Assembly: GCA_012295275.1 (NCBI GenBank) | Contig: CM022666.1 | Span: 4,154,001 to 4,218,000, forward strand | Source of the DNA: Chrysomallon squamiferum | Lineage: Eukaryota; Animalia; Mollusca | Direction: 5' to 3' | Length of the DNA: 64,000 nucleotides | The notes under the pieces: generated by a model | What the model was told of the DNA's origin: nothing | Database searches by the model: none | What the model saw: the letters and a program-made list of their open reading frames with translations, nothing else | Part shown: positions 1 through 14,912 of the stretch, piece after piece | How positions within the stretch are numbered: the first letter of the stretch is position 1 | Layout: every line of letters begins with the position of its first letter | Position numbers and translations under genes: made by a program

Positions 1-2814
<2,814 letters not shown>

Positions 2815-3061
2815 TTTTTTCTGTTTTTCTGGGTTGTTTTTTTTGTAATGATGATGAAAGGGATAATGATGAGGATGATGATGATGATGTTGATAATGAA
2901 GACAATAATATAATATTATAAAAATAAAAAGTAACAGTCTGTATAAGCGACGTGACGGGAACACAAATAAAACAAAAGTAAAATGGCGGCCTCACTCAGT
3001 CACTGTAGAGTTATTATTGTAATACGTTAATACTAGTAATGGATATTTTCTACTATCAATG

Positions 3062-3385
3062 AAAATTCGTTTCTTATCATAATTCTTAGTTATGTCAACT
3101 GAAGAATCAAAAGCACGGCTTTTAGGCTGTTATACAATAAAACCAAGAAGACGATAATGAATATTTTAACATAAAGTCAACAAAGTATAGTATAACATAT
3201 TTAAAATTTATCGCTTGATTTCTTTTTTCAAAACACACTAAAAGGCCAACTGGTTTAATATCTGATATCCAGCTGATGTCCCTTCCAGTCAACTGAGTAC
3301 GGCACGAACTGTTTTTTTTTTTGTAAGGAAATCGCTTGATTTCTTTTTTCATAAACACATTGAAAGGCCAACTGGTGTTATATCT
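3062..3385 (-). pseudogene. Decayed 3' fragment (C-terminal ~40 codons plus 3' flank) of the FkbM methyltransferase gene, with an internal partial duplication
   Basis: Matches 5012-5280 (aaaattcgtttcttatcataattctt...ttatcgcttgatttc...ggcacgaactg...gtaaggaaatc), then restarts at atcgcttgatttc (3331). Flanked by tactatcaat(g/a)aaaa at 3051-3065 and 3390-3404. Confidence 0.85.
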
Positions 3386-3889
3386 TTTTTACTATCAATA
3401 AAAACACTTATGTGGATGCGAACAAAACTGGCAGTTATTTCTTGCTACATGCATGTTTAAAATATTTACCCAAAGGAACTCTTCGTCTCTTAAGTCTGGG
3501 ATCAAATGTATATTGAATTTGTAACAATAACGTTAGTATTTGCAATACAGAGCAAATTAAGACGTTCAATATATATATATGTTTTTTTTTTTTTTATTAT
3601 TATTTTCATCGTATAATGGATTTAACTGTGATTAGATAACGGAACTGGGCATTCAGTTGTATCTTATCAAGTGGATGTATTCCATAATATACTTTAATTC
3701 CAAACATGTGACTAAAATTTAAATAATTAAAAAAATAAATAAATAAATAAAAAATAATAATAAATGGATAAAATTTCAAACTTGATAAGCTAAAATAAAT
3801 AAATAATTACACAAAAATATAAATATAAATAAAATGAAAGATAAATAAATAAAAAATAGAAAAAACTAAAAACAATTAACAAATGTAAA

Positions 3890-3948
<59 letters not shown>

Positions 3949-4389
3949 CAACAACAACAATAAATAAATAAATGACTATGATGATAATAATAATATACAC
4001 AATAATTTTTACTTACTTTGATCATCGAAACGTAATAATAATGGAAACTAATGACAACGGCTCTATGACGTCACGAGTAATGTCGCGCATTTTCTTTACT
4101 GTTCTCACAAGCGTGTATTTGTGTGATCAGAAAAAACACTGACAAAAAAGAAGGTGATACTAGATCAGACTAGTACGTCGGCGGTGACAACTATAACATG
4201 GTATCCATCACCTCGACCGCCTAACATCTTTAGTTAATCATTTTCCATAAATTATGTTAATTTAATAACGTAATATATTTGGTTACTACGTCATATGAAA
4301 ATAATAATAATAATAACGTTGCAGCCTGTTTTTATTCTATCCTTTGACTAAGAATTAAATGGAAACTGAATACAAATGCTATATTTATG

Positions 4390-4426
<37 letters not shown>

Positions 4427-5157
4427 CTGTATGATTGATTTTCTCAGGGTCAGCTCTATGTCGTTTATTCATTAAAATTCCTTTCTTATAATTCTAAACA
4501 CTTAGTTACGTGGGGGCGGAGAAATTAGGGCGCGGCATTTTTTCTCTTTTACTTTTTTTTTTTTTTTTTTTTTTTTTATCAAAATGTATCCATAAAATGT
4601 ACGATAACAAACTTATTGTAATAACACTGAATGGAGGTGTGTTTAAATAACAAATGTGTAATTTCAGAATAATTATATCAAAAAGTAAATTTCACGTCTG
4701 TGGCCTTTCTCGGTGACATTCGTTCAGCTTCACCGATTTTTTATTATTTTTATCATTAGCTTAGCAAAATATTTTATTTCACGGACGTAACAAGACTCTT
4801 TTTGAAACGAGGCAAAATATGATGTCCTTGGAATCAATTATATCCTTTGTAGCAAAGATGTCGAGTGAGTTCAAGCAATAACAGTACATACACGAATTCA
4901 TTCAGTGGATATCGTTTCTGTCTGAATAGAGATTTATATTTTATATTTTTAAAAGAAAATCTTTATCTGAGAAAAATAATAAATAAACAATAAAAAATAA
5001 AAAAATAAAATAAAATTCGTTTCTTATCATAATTCTTACTCATGTCAACTGAAGAATGAAAAGCACGGCTTTTAGGCTGTTATACACTAAAACCAAGAAG
5101 ACGATTATGAATATTTTAATATAAAGTCAACAAAGTACAGTATAACATATTTAAAAT

Positions 5158-6142
5158 TTATCGCTTGATTTCTTTTTTCCAAAACACATTGAAAGGCCAA
5201 CTGCTGTAATATCTGATATCCAGCTGATGTCCCTTCCAGTCAACTGAGTACGGCACGAACTGTTTTCTTGTAAGGAAATCTATGATTTCTTTACCATAAT
5301 GGCCGGTTCTGTAGTATTCCCATTCCATAAGAATGCCCTGGACATCCAGTCGCTGGAAGAGAAGATTCCCTCCTTTAAGGACAAAATATTCGTGCGTTTC
5401 TACGTCCAGTTTTATAAACACTTTCTGAAAGTCGATCACGGAAAGCAATTCATCCGCCGGCACAGCCTCGATTTGATGGCGAGGATATTTGACCTTTTCG
5501 ACGTTGGAATCAGTTTCTTCGACATGGGTTCCGCCAAGGTTGCCGATTCGTCTTCTGACGGCCATTTTTTTTGTGATAGTCAGACAGTGCCGCGAATACG
5601 ACTGTGACGTAGTCCACAAGACCGTTTCGTTGAACAGACCGGCACAGTCTGATGACGTTTTCCACAAGGGGATCCACGGCTATGACCTTTCGCCCCATCC
5701 GAGCCGCTGTCAAAGCGAAGGTCCCTAGATGAGCTCCAAAATCCAGTAACGCCATGTCTGGATCCGAATCCAGCTCTTCGAACATCAGATCCAGTCCCTG
5801 TTTGTCCCAGGTTCCAGAGTCTCTCAGACTGACGGACACAAAAAGATCGTCTTTAAAAGGATGAACATAAATTTTAACATCGCCTGCAGGAGATTTCAAA
5901 ATGGAGGAATCAAAATTGTAGTCTTTGGAACAAAATCGGTTAGCTGTCCTCCATGTATTTCCGCTCCATCTGAGAACTGTTGTTTCTTTTTCAAAATTAA
6001 ATTTTGTCTGCACTTTGTTGTTTGGTTTCAATATCAACATGTACAGAGCCAACATGGTACAGAAAATTAGGAGAAAAATCAGAAAACGTTTTCTAATAGT
6101 TAAAATATTAATTAGCGAATTTACTGCATTCAACATCGACAT
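5158..6142 (-). pseudogene. FkbM-family methyltransferase copy 1, one +1 frameshift (pseudogene or assembly error)
   Basis: 985 bp versus 984 in intact copies; T8 instead of T7 at 5565-5572 splits ORF 5510-6142 from ORF 5158-5667. No other disablement seen. Confidence 0.8.
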
Positions 6143-8018
6143 CTTTTGGTTTAAGAGTGATAGCTTTTTCTTTTTCTTCTTCTATTTGTTGTTGTTGTTC
6201 TTATTATTTGTTATTTATTTTGTTCTGTCTTATCCCAGTTAATTCTATTGTTTTTTTATTTGACTGTTGGTTTGTTTGATTATTACGAAAGTAAAATAAA
6301 ATAAAAATATCAGCCGAATTTGTTTTCTACTTTCAAGGAAATATTGTCTTCATTTTTTTGCCTTTATCGTTTTGTTGTTGTTGTTTTTTTCTTCACAGAA
6401 GCAGATATCTACAAATAAAAATACTTATTGTTATTTTAGTACGATGCCATTTGAATTAAACGCAGTAAAAATAAAAAAATATAATAAAACATTAAACTGG
6501 AAAAGCTTTGAAAACTGATATTAATTTTTATATTTAATATTAGAAAAAATTACGTAGATGTATTCAAAAGGTTTGGGCGATCTCACACCCTTTTCAGTGC
6601 AAATCCTTTAACGCATACATAAATACACACACGCAGGCACGCACGCAAACAGGCAACACAGACACACACAGACAGACGTATATTCGGGTATAGTTACAAA
6701 TCCTGTAACGTTAAATAAAAAATCGCAGCAACAGTCGCCTAAACTACGGACAAAGAATGATGAGGTCAACAATAACGTGACGCACATCTGTTACAGGATT
6801 GTAAAGGGAACGTACAAACAATTATAATTATATCCACAGTAATTAATGCACTAATATTCAAATTAACAATATATCTCTAGAAAAGAAATTCTATAGGATT
6901 GAAGTTTTGAAAGAAGAAGAAGAAGAAAAGAAGTTTGAAGTAGAAGAAAAAGTGTTTTCCAAATAAACATTAAAAAAAAAAAAAAACCTTAAATATAAAC
7001 CCCTTCAATCCATGTATGTAATTCTTTCTCTAAAAAACGTATCATTATTATGTGCGTGTGCACGTGTTTTCATTCATTAAATGCGAAATAGATTTCATTT
7101 CAGGACATTACACAGGAGATTATTCAACTAGTAATTTTTTTAATCTGAAAATTCAGTTTGCTATTGGGAGCAGATAACAGAAATCTTACTGAAGTATCTA
7201 TTGTCTACTCTGTAATATAAGTTCTACCATAATAATTTATAATTCAGTAATATCATGTAAAACAAAACCGACAAGTTATAACGAGTCGAATTTACAATGG
7301 ACAAAGGCATCTTACAGCAAAACTACGCTATGGTCACCTGTACAGACGCTTCCCACCCACCTGATGTAATCTCACACCTAAAATTTTCCCACATGATCTA
7401 AAGGAAAGGATTTGGTAGTTTAGTCATCTGTTACAAATTCCCATTCGGTGTAATAATATTTATATTTCCTAATGAAAATGTTTAGATCAAGTGGGAAGAC
7501 AGCAAACAAAGCTACTGCATTATGTAACCAATTTGTGAAAACTACCCTACCTACCTTGCCAGTCTCCCAGCATGCAAGTCCTCTTGTAAAGTTATTAATT
7601 CAATAAAGAAAGATTATCTACTCTTTCTTTCTTTCTTTCTTTTTTTAAGACAACTTAATAAATATATTATTTACGAGAGCTTAGTAAAATATGCAAATAA
7701 AATAAACAAGATAATTTTAACTGTTAGAAACTTGACGAAGGCTAGCTACTAAACATCTCTGACTACTACTAGTATAAAAGCTCACATGACCTGGAATTTA
7801 AGGTAGGCGAGTGCGGAGGTGTCATCAGAGTAAATCGCATTCACTCCGGCGGTAACTAAGTTGTTCACGATGAAGGCCTATACCATTGACTCCGTTTAAT
7901 TTAGTGCAGTGGGTGATTACTTTAGATTACCCAAATATAATGGAATACTGACATTCAAAGACAATGAATACCAATAATATTAACATAAAAGAACAAATGA
8001 AAAAAAGTTGCACATATT

Positions 8019-8116
8019 TTAGGCGCCACCTTTATCTTGCGTGATAATATGTAGTCTGTATCATCTGTACTCGATACCGGGATATCCGATGAAAAAAACC
8101 CACGCCTATCACAAGT
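8019..8116 (-). mobile_element. Degenerate SINE-like relic inside the repeat unit (also near 12426-12523 and 16798-16895)
   Basis: Minus strand gacttgtgataggcgtgggtttttttcatcggatatcccggtatc...aaaggtggcgcctaaa resembles, from memory, the V-domain SINE core GGTTTTCTCCGGGTACTCCGGTTTCC and a ...AAAGTGGCGTTAAA tail. Weak by-eye match. Confidence 0.3.
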
Positions 8117-9556
8117 CATTATTTCTTTGCAATTGGTATAATAACGGTATAACACATATCCGAAATCTTTTTAACAGAAACAGGATAAAACGAAAACAAA
8201 AATAAAACATACGAGGAACCTTTTTAGATTACGAAATGGTAATTCACAGCATCCCTGAAAAAATGGAAATGCACTGTCCGACGATTATAGGGACAGATAA
8301 ATCTATATACTACTTTGTGTCCAATGTCAATGTTATTAATGACAAAAATTAATGAAGGTTGTGGTGAATATTATAATATACTGTCTAGTAACGTAATGAC
8401 TATGATGATAATAATAATATACAGAATATTTTTTACTTACTTTGATCGTCGAAACGTAATAATAATGGAAACTACTGATAACGGCTCTATGACATCAACA
8501 GTAACTTCGTGCATTTTCTTTACTGTTCTCACAAGCGTGTATTTGTGTGTTCAGAAAAAACACTGACAAAAAAGAATGTGATACAACATCAGACTATTAT
8601 GTCGGCGGTGACAACTACAGTATGGTATCCTTCACCTCGATCGCCTAACATCTTTAGTTAATTATTTTCCATAAATTATGTTAATTTAATAACGTAATAT
8701 ATTTGGTTACTACGTCATATGAAAATAATAATAATAATGCTGCAGCCTGTTTTTATTCTATCCTTTGACTAAGAATTAAATGGAAACTGAATACAAATGC
8801 TATATTTATGTCTTACATTTTTTTTTTAATTCTGGTTGAATGATTTTCTCATGGTTAGCTCTATGTCTGTTCATTAAAATTCCTTTCTTATAATTCTAAA
8901 CCCTAAGTTCCGTGGGGCCGAAGAATTGAGGGCGAGGATTTATTAATTTTTTGTTTTTGTTTTTTGCTTATGAAATATCAGAATATATCCATAAAAAGAA
9001 CGATAACAAACTTATTGTAATAACACTGAATGGTGGTGTGTTTAAATAACAAACGTGTAACTTCAGAATGATTATATCAAAAAGTAAATTTCACGTCTGT
9101 GGCCTTTCTCGGTGACATTCGTTCAGCTTCACCGATTTTTTATTATTTTTATCATTAGCTTAGCAAAATATTTTATTTCACGGCCGTAACAAGACTCTTT
9201 TTGAAACGAGGCAAAAAGTGATGTCCTTGGAATCAATTATGTCCTTTGTCGCAAAGATGTCGAGTGAGTTCAAGCAATAACAGTACATACACGAATTCAT
9301 TCAGTGGATATCGTTTCTGTCTGAATAGAGATTTATATTTTATATTTTTAAAAGAAAATCTTTATCTGAGAAAAATAATAAATAAACAATAAAAAATAAA
9401 AAAATAAAATAAAATTCGTTTCTTATCATAATTCTTACTCATGTCAACTGAAGAATGAAAAGCACGGCTTTTAGGCTGTTATACACTAAAACCAAGAAGA
9501 CGATTATGAATATTTTAATATAAAGTCAACACAGTACAGAATAACATATTTAAAAT

Positions 9557-10540
9557 TTATCGCTTGATTTCTTTTTTCCAAAACACATTGAAAGGCCAAC
9601 TGCTGTAATATCTGATATCCAGCTGATGTCCCTTCCAGTCAACTGAGTACGGCACGAACTGTTTTCTTGTAAGGAAATCTATGATTTCTTTACCATAATG
9701 GCCGGTTCTGTAGTATTCCCATTCCATAAGAATGCCCTGGACATCCAGTCGCTGGAAGAGAAGATTCCCTCCTTTAAGGACAAAATATTCGTGCGTTTCT
9801 ACGTCCAGTTTTATAAACACTTTCTGAAAGTCGATCACGGAAAGCAATTCATCCGCCAGCACAGCCTCGATTTGATGGCGAGGATATTTGACCTTTTCGA
9901 CGTTGGAATCAGTTTCTTCGACATGGGTTCCGCCAAGGTTGCCGATTCGTCTTCTGACGGCCATTTTTTTGTGATAGTCAGACAGTGCCGCGAATACGAC
10001 TGTGACGTAGTCCACAAGACCGTTTCGTTGAACAGACCGGCACAGTCTGATGACGTTTTCCACAAGGGGATCCACGGCTATGACCTTTCGCCCCATCCGA
10101 GCCGCTGTCAAAGCGAAGGTCCCTAGATGAGCTCCAAAATCCAGTAACGCCATGTCTGGATCCGAATCCAGCTCTTCGAACATCAGATCCAGTCCCTGTT
10201 TGTCCCAGGTTCCAGAGTCTCTCAGACTGACAGACACAAAAAGATCGTCTTTAAAAGGATGAACATAAATTTTAACATCGCCTGCAGGAGATTTCAAAAT
10301 GGAGGAATCAAAATTGTAGTCTTTGGAACAAAATCGGTTAACTGTCCTCCATGTATTTCCGCTCCATCTGAGAACTGTTGTTTCTTTTTCAAAATTAAGT
10401 TTTGTCTGCACGTTGTTGTTTGGTTTCAATATTAACATGTACAGAGCCAACATGGTACAGAAAATTAGGAGAAAAATCAGAAAACGTTTTCTAATAGTTA
10501 AAATATTAATTAGCGAATTTACTGCATTCAGCATCGACAT
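9557..10540 (-). CDS. FkbM-family (Methyltransf_21) SAM-dependent methyltransferase with N-terminal signal anchor, copy 2, 327 aa, single coding exon
   Basis: Motifs LLDFGAHLGTFAL (motif I, DxGAxxG), VIAVDP, FAALSD, GNLGG, FIKLDVETHEYFVLKG (FkbM KiDvEgxE) and ILMEW; RKR followed by hydrophobic FLIFLLIFCTMLALYMLIL at aa 17-38. Confidence 0.92.
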   Translation of the reverse strand: MSMLNAVNSLINILTIRKRFLIFLLIFCTMLALYMLILKPNNNVQTKLNFEKETTVLRWSGNTWRTVNRFCSKDYNFDSSILKSPAGDVKIYVHPFKDDLFVSVSLRDSGTWDKQGLDLMFEELDSDPDMALLDFGAHLGTFALTAARMGRKVIAVDPLVENVIRLCRSVQRNGLVDYVTVVFAALSDYHKKMAVRRRIGNLGGTHVEETDSNVEKVKYPRHQIEAVLADELLSVIDFQKVFIKLDVETHEYFVLKGGNLLFQRLDVQGILMEWEYYRTGHYGKEIIDFLTRKQFVPYSVDWKGHQLDIRYYSSWPFNVFWKKEIKR

Positions 10541-13500
10541 CTTTTGGTTTAAGAGTGATAGCGTTTTCTTTTTCTTCTTCTATTTGTTGTTGTTGTTATT
10601 ATTTGTTATTTATTTTGTTCTGTCTTATCCCAGTTAATTCTATTGTTTATTGGTTTGTTTGTTGGTTTGTTTGATTATTACGAAAGTAAAATAAAATAAA
10701 AATATCAGCCGAATTTGTTTTCTACTTTCAAGGAAATATTGTATTCATTTTTATTGCCTTTATCGTTTTGTTGTTGTTGTTTTTTTCTTCACAGAAGCAG
10801 ATATCTACAAATAAAAATACTTATTGTTATTTTAGTACGATGCCATTTGAATTAAACGCAGTAAAAATAAAACAAATATAATAAAACATTAAACTGGAAA
10901 AGCTTTGAAAACTGATATTAATTTTTATATTTAATATTAGAAAAAATACGTAGATGTATTCAAAAGGTTTTGGGCGATCTCACACCCTTTTCAGTGCAAA
11001 TCCTTTAACGCATACATAAATACACACACGCAGGCACGCACGCAAACAGGCAACACAGACACACACAGACAGACGTATATTCGGGTATAGTTACAAATCC
11101 TGTAACGTTAAATAAAAATCGCAGCAACAGTCGCCTAAACTACGGACAAAGACTGATGACGTCAACAATAACGTGACACACATCTGTTACAGGATTGTAA
11201 AGGGAACGTACAAACAATTATAATTATATCCACAGTAATTAATGCACTAATATTCAAATTAACAATATATCTCTAGAAAAGAAATTCTATAGGATTGAAG
11301 TTTTGAAAGAAGAAGAAGAAGAAAAGAAGTTTGACGTAGAAGAAAAAGTGTTTTCCAAACAAAAATTTAAAAAAAAAACCTGAAATATAAACCCCTTCAA
11401 TCCATGTATGTAATTCTTTCTCTAAAAAACGTATCATTATTATGTGCGTGTGCACGTGTTTTCATTCATTAAATGCGAAATAGATTTCATTTCAGGACAT
11501 TACACAGGAGATTATTCAACTAGTAATTCTTTTTAATCTGAAAATGCAGTTTGCTATTGGGAGCAGATAACAGAAATCTTACTGAAGTATCTATTGTCTA
11601 CTCTGTAATATAAGTTCTACCATAATAATTTATAATTCAATAATATCATGTAAAAAAAAAAAACGACAAGTTATAATGAGTCGAATTTACAATGGACAAA
11701 GGCATCTTACAGCAAAACCACGCTATGGTCACCTATACAGACGCTTCCCACCCACCTGATGTAATTTCACACCTAAAATTTTCTCACATGATGTAAAGGA
11801 GAGGATTCGGTAGTTTAGTCATCTGTTACAAATTCCCATTCGGTGTAATGATATTTATATTTCCTAATGAAAATGTTTAGATCAAGTGGGAAGACAGCAA
11901 ACAAAGCTACTGCATTATGTAACCAATTTGTGAAAACTACCCTACCTACCTTGCCAGTCTCCCAGCATGCATATCCTCTTGTAAAGTTATTAATTCAATA
12001 AAGAAAGATTATCTACTCTTTCTTTCTTTCTTTCTTTTTTTAAGACAACTTAATAAATATATTATTTACGAGAGCTTAGTAAAATATGCAAATAAAATAA
12101 ACAAGATAATTTTAACTGTTAGAAACTTGACGAAGGCTAGCTACTAAACATCTCTGACTACTACTAGTATAAAAGCTCACATGACCTGGAATTTAAGAAG
12201 TAGGTGAAGGTAGGCGAGTGCGGAGGTGTCATCAGAGTAAATCGCATTCACTCCGGCGGTAACTAAGTTGTTCACGATGAAGGCCTATACCATTTACTCC
12301 GTTTAATTTAGTGCAGTGGGTGATTACTTTAGATTACCCAAATATAATGGAATACTGACATTCAAAGACAATGAATACCAATAATATTAACATAAAAGAA
12401 CAAATGAAAAAAAGTTGCACATATTTTAGACGCGAGCTTTATCTTGCGTGATAATATGTAGTCTGTATCATCTGTACTCGATACCGGGATATCCGATGAA
12501 AAAAAACCACGCCTATCACAAGTCATTATTTCTTTGCAATTGGTATAATAACGGTATAACACATATCCGAAATCTTTTTAACAGAAACAGGATAAAACGA
12601 AAACAAAAATAAAACATACGAGGAACCTTTTTAGATTACGAAATGGTAATTCACAGCATCCCTGAAAAAATGGAAATGCACTGTCCGACGATTATAGGGA
12701 CAGATAAATCTATATACTACTTTGTGTCCAATGTCAATGTTATTAATGACAAAAATTAATGAAGGTTGTGGTGAATATTATAATATACTGTCTAGTAACG
12801 TAATGACTATGATGATAATAATAATATACACAATAATTTTTACTTACTTTGATCGTCGAAACGCAATAATAATGGAAACTACTGACAACGGCTCTATGAC
12901 ATCAACAGTAACTTCGCGCATTTTCTTTACTGTTCTCACAAGCGTGTATTTGTGTGTTCAGAAAAAATAATGACAAAAAAGAATGTGATACAACATCAGA
13001 CTATTATGTCGGCGGTGACAACTACAGTATGGTATCCATCAGCTCGATCGCCTAACATCTTTGGTTAATCATTTTCCATAAATTATGTTAATTTAATTAC
13101 GTAATATATTTGGTTACTACGTCATATGAATTAAATGGAAACTGAATACAAATGCTATATTTATGTCTTGAATTTTTATTTTTTTTATTTTTATTTTAAT
13201 TCTATATGAATGATTTTCTCCTGATCAGCTCTATGTTATTTGCTGATTAAAATTCCGTTCTTATAATTCTAAACCCTTAGTTACGTGGGGGCGGAGAAAT
13301 TAGGGCGCGGCATTTTTTTCTTTTAATTTTTTTTGTTTTTTTTTGTTATCAAAATGTATCCATAAAAAGTACGATCACAAACTTATTGTAATAACACTGA
13401 ATGGAGGTGTGTTTAAATAACAAATGTGTAATTTCAGAATGATTATATCAAAAAGTAAATTTCACGTCTGTGGCCTTTCTCGGTGACATTCGTTCAGCTT

Positions 13501-13928
13501 CACCGTTTTTTTTATTATTTTTATCATTAGCTTAGCAAAATATTTTAGTTCACGGCCGTAACAAGACTCTTTTTGAAACGAGGCAAAAAATGATGTCCTT
13601 GGAATCAATTATGTCCTTTGTCGCAAAGATGTCGAGTGAGTTCAAGCAATAACAGTACATACACGAATCCATTCAGTGGATATCGTTTCTGTCTGAATAG
13701 AGATTTATATTTTATATTTTTAAAAGAAAATCTTTATCTGAGAAAAATAATAAATAAACAATAAAAAATAAAAAAATAAAATAAAATTCGTTTCTTATCA
13801 TAATTCTTACTCATGTCAACTGAAGAATGAAAAGCACGGCTTTTAGGCTGTTATACACTAAAACCAAGAAGACGATTATGAATATTTTAATATAAAGTCA
13901 ACACAGTACAGAATAACATATTTAAAAT

Positions 13929-14912
13929 TTATCGCTTGATTTCTTTTTTCCAAAACACATTGAAAGGCCAACTGCTGTAATATCTGATATCCAGCTGATG
14001 TCCCTTCCAGTCAACTGAGTACGGCACGAACTGTTTTCTTGTAAGGAAATCTATGATTTCTTTACCATAATGGCCGGTTCTGTAGTATTCCCATTCCATA
14101 AGAATGCCCTGGACATCCAGTCGCTGGAAGAGAAGATTCCCTCCTTTAAGGACAAAATATTCGTGCGTTTCTACGTCCAGTTTTATAAACACTTTCTGAA
14201 AGTCGATCACGGAAAGCAATTCATCCGCCGGCACAGCCTCGATTTGATGGCGAGGATATTTGACCTTTTCGACGTTGGAATCAGTTTCTTCGACATGGGT
14301 TCCGCCAAGGTTGCCGATTCGTCTTCTGACGGCCATTTTTTTGTGATAGTCAGACAGTGCCGCGAATACGACTGTGACGTAGTCCACAAGACCGTTTCGT
14401 TGAACAGACCGGCACAGTCTGATGACGTTTTCCACAAGGGGATCCACGGCTATGACCTTTCGCCCCATCCGAGCCGCTGTCAAAGCGAAGGTCCCTAGAT
14501 GAGCTCCAAAATCCAGTAACGCCATGTCTGGATCCGAATCCAGCTCTTCGAACATCAGATCCAGTCCCTGTTTGTCCCAGGTTCCAGAGTCTCTCAGACT
14601 GACAGACACAAAAAGATCGTCTTTAAAAGGATGAACATAAATTTTAACATCGCCTGCAGGAGATTTCAAAATGGAGGAATCAAAATTGTAGTCTTTGGAA
14701 CAAAATCGGTTAACTGTCCTCCATGTATTTCCGCTCCATCTGAGAACTGTTGTTTCTTTTTCAAAATTAAGTTTTGTCTGCACGTTGTTGTTTGGTTTCA
14801 ATATTAACATGTACAGAGCCAACATGGTACAGAAAATTAGGAGAAAAATCAGAAAACGTTTTCTAATAGTTAAAATATTAATTAGCGAATTTACTGCATT
14901 CAACATCGACAT
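13929..14912 (-). CDS. FkbM-family methyltransferase copy 3, 327 aa, intact
   Basis: Same motifs; differs from copy 2 by one residue (VPADE versus VLADE). Confidence 0.92.
   Translation of the reverse strand: MSMLNAVNSLINILTIRKRFLIFLLIFCTMLALYMLILKPNNNVQTKLNFEKETTVLRWSGNTWRTVNRFCSKDYNFDSSILKSPAGDVKIYVHPFKDDLFVSVSLRDSGTWDKQGLDLMFEELDSDPDMALLDFGAHLGTFALTAARMGRKVIAVDPLVENVIRLCRSVQRNGLVDYVTVVFAALSDYHKKMAVRRRIGNLGGTHVEETDSNVEKVKYPRHQIEAVPADELLSVIDFQKVFIKLDVETHEYFVLKGGNLLFQRLDVQGILMEWEYYRTGHYGKEIIDFLTRKQFVPYSVDWKGHQLDIRYYSSWPFNVFWKKEIKR

Noticed and set aside
5565-5572. Programmed frameshifting or phase variation at the A7/A8 run
   Set aside because: Sister copies are in frame, and similar indels hit unrelated genes; error or simple mutation is more parsimonious.
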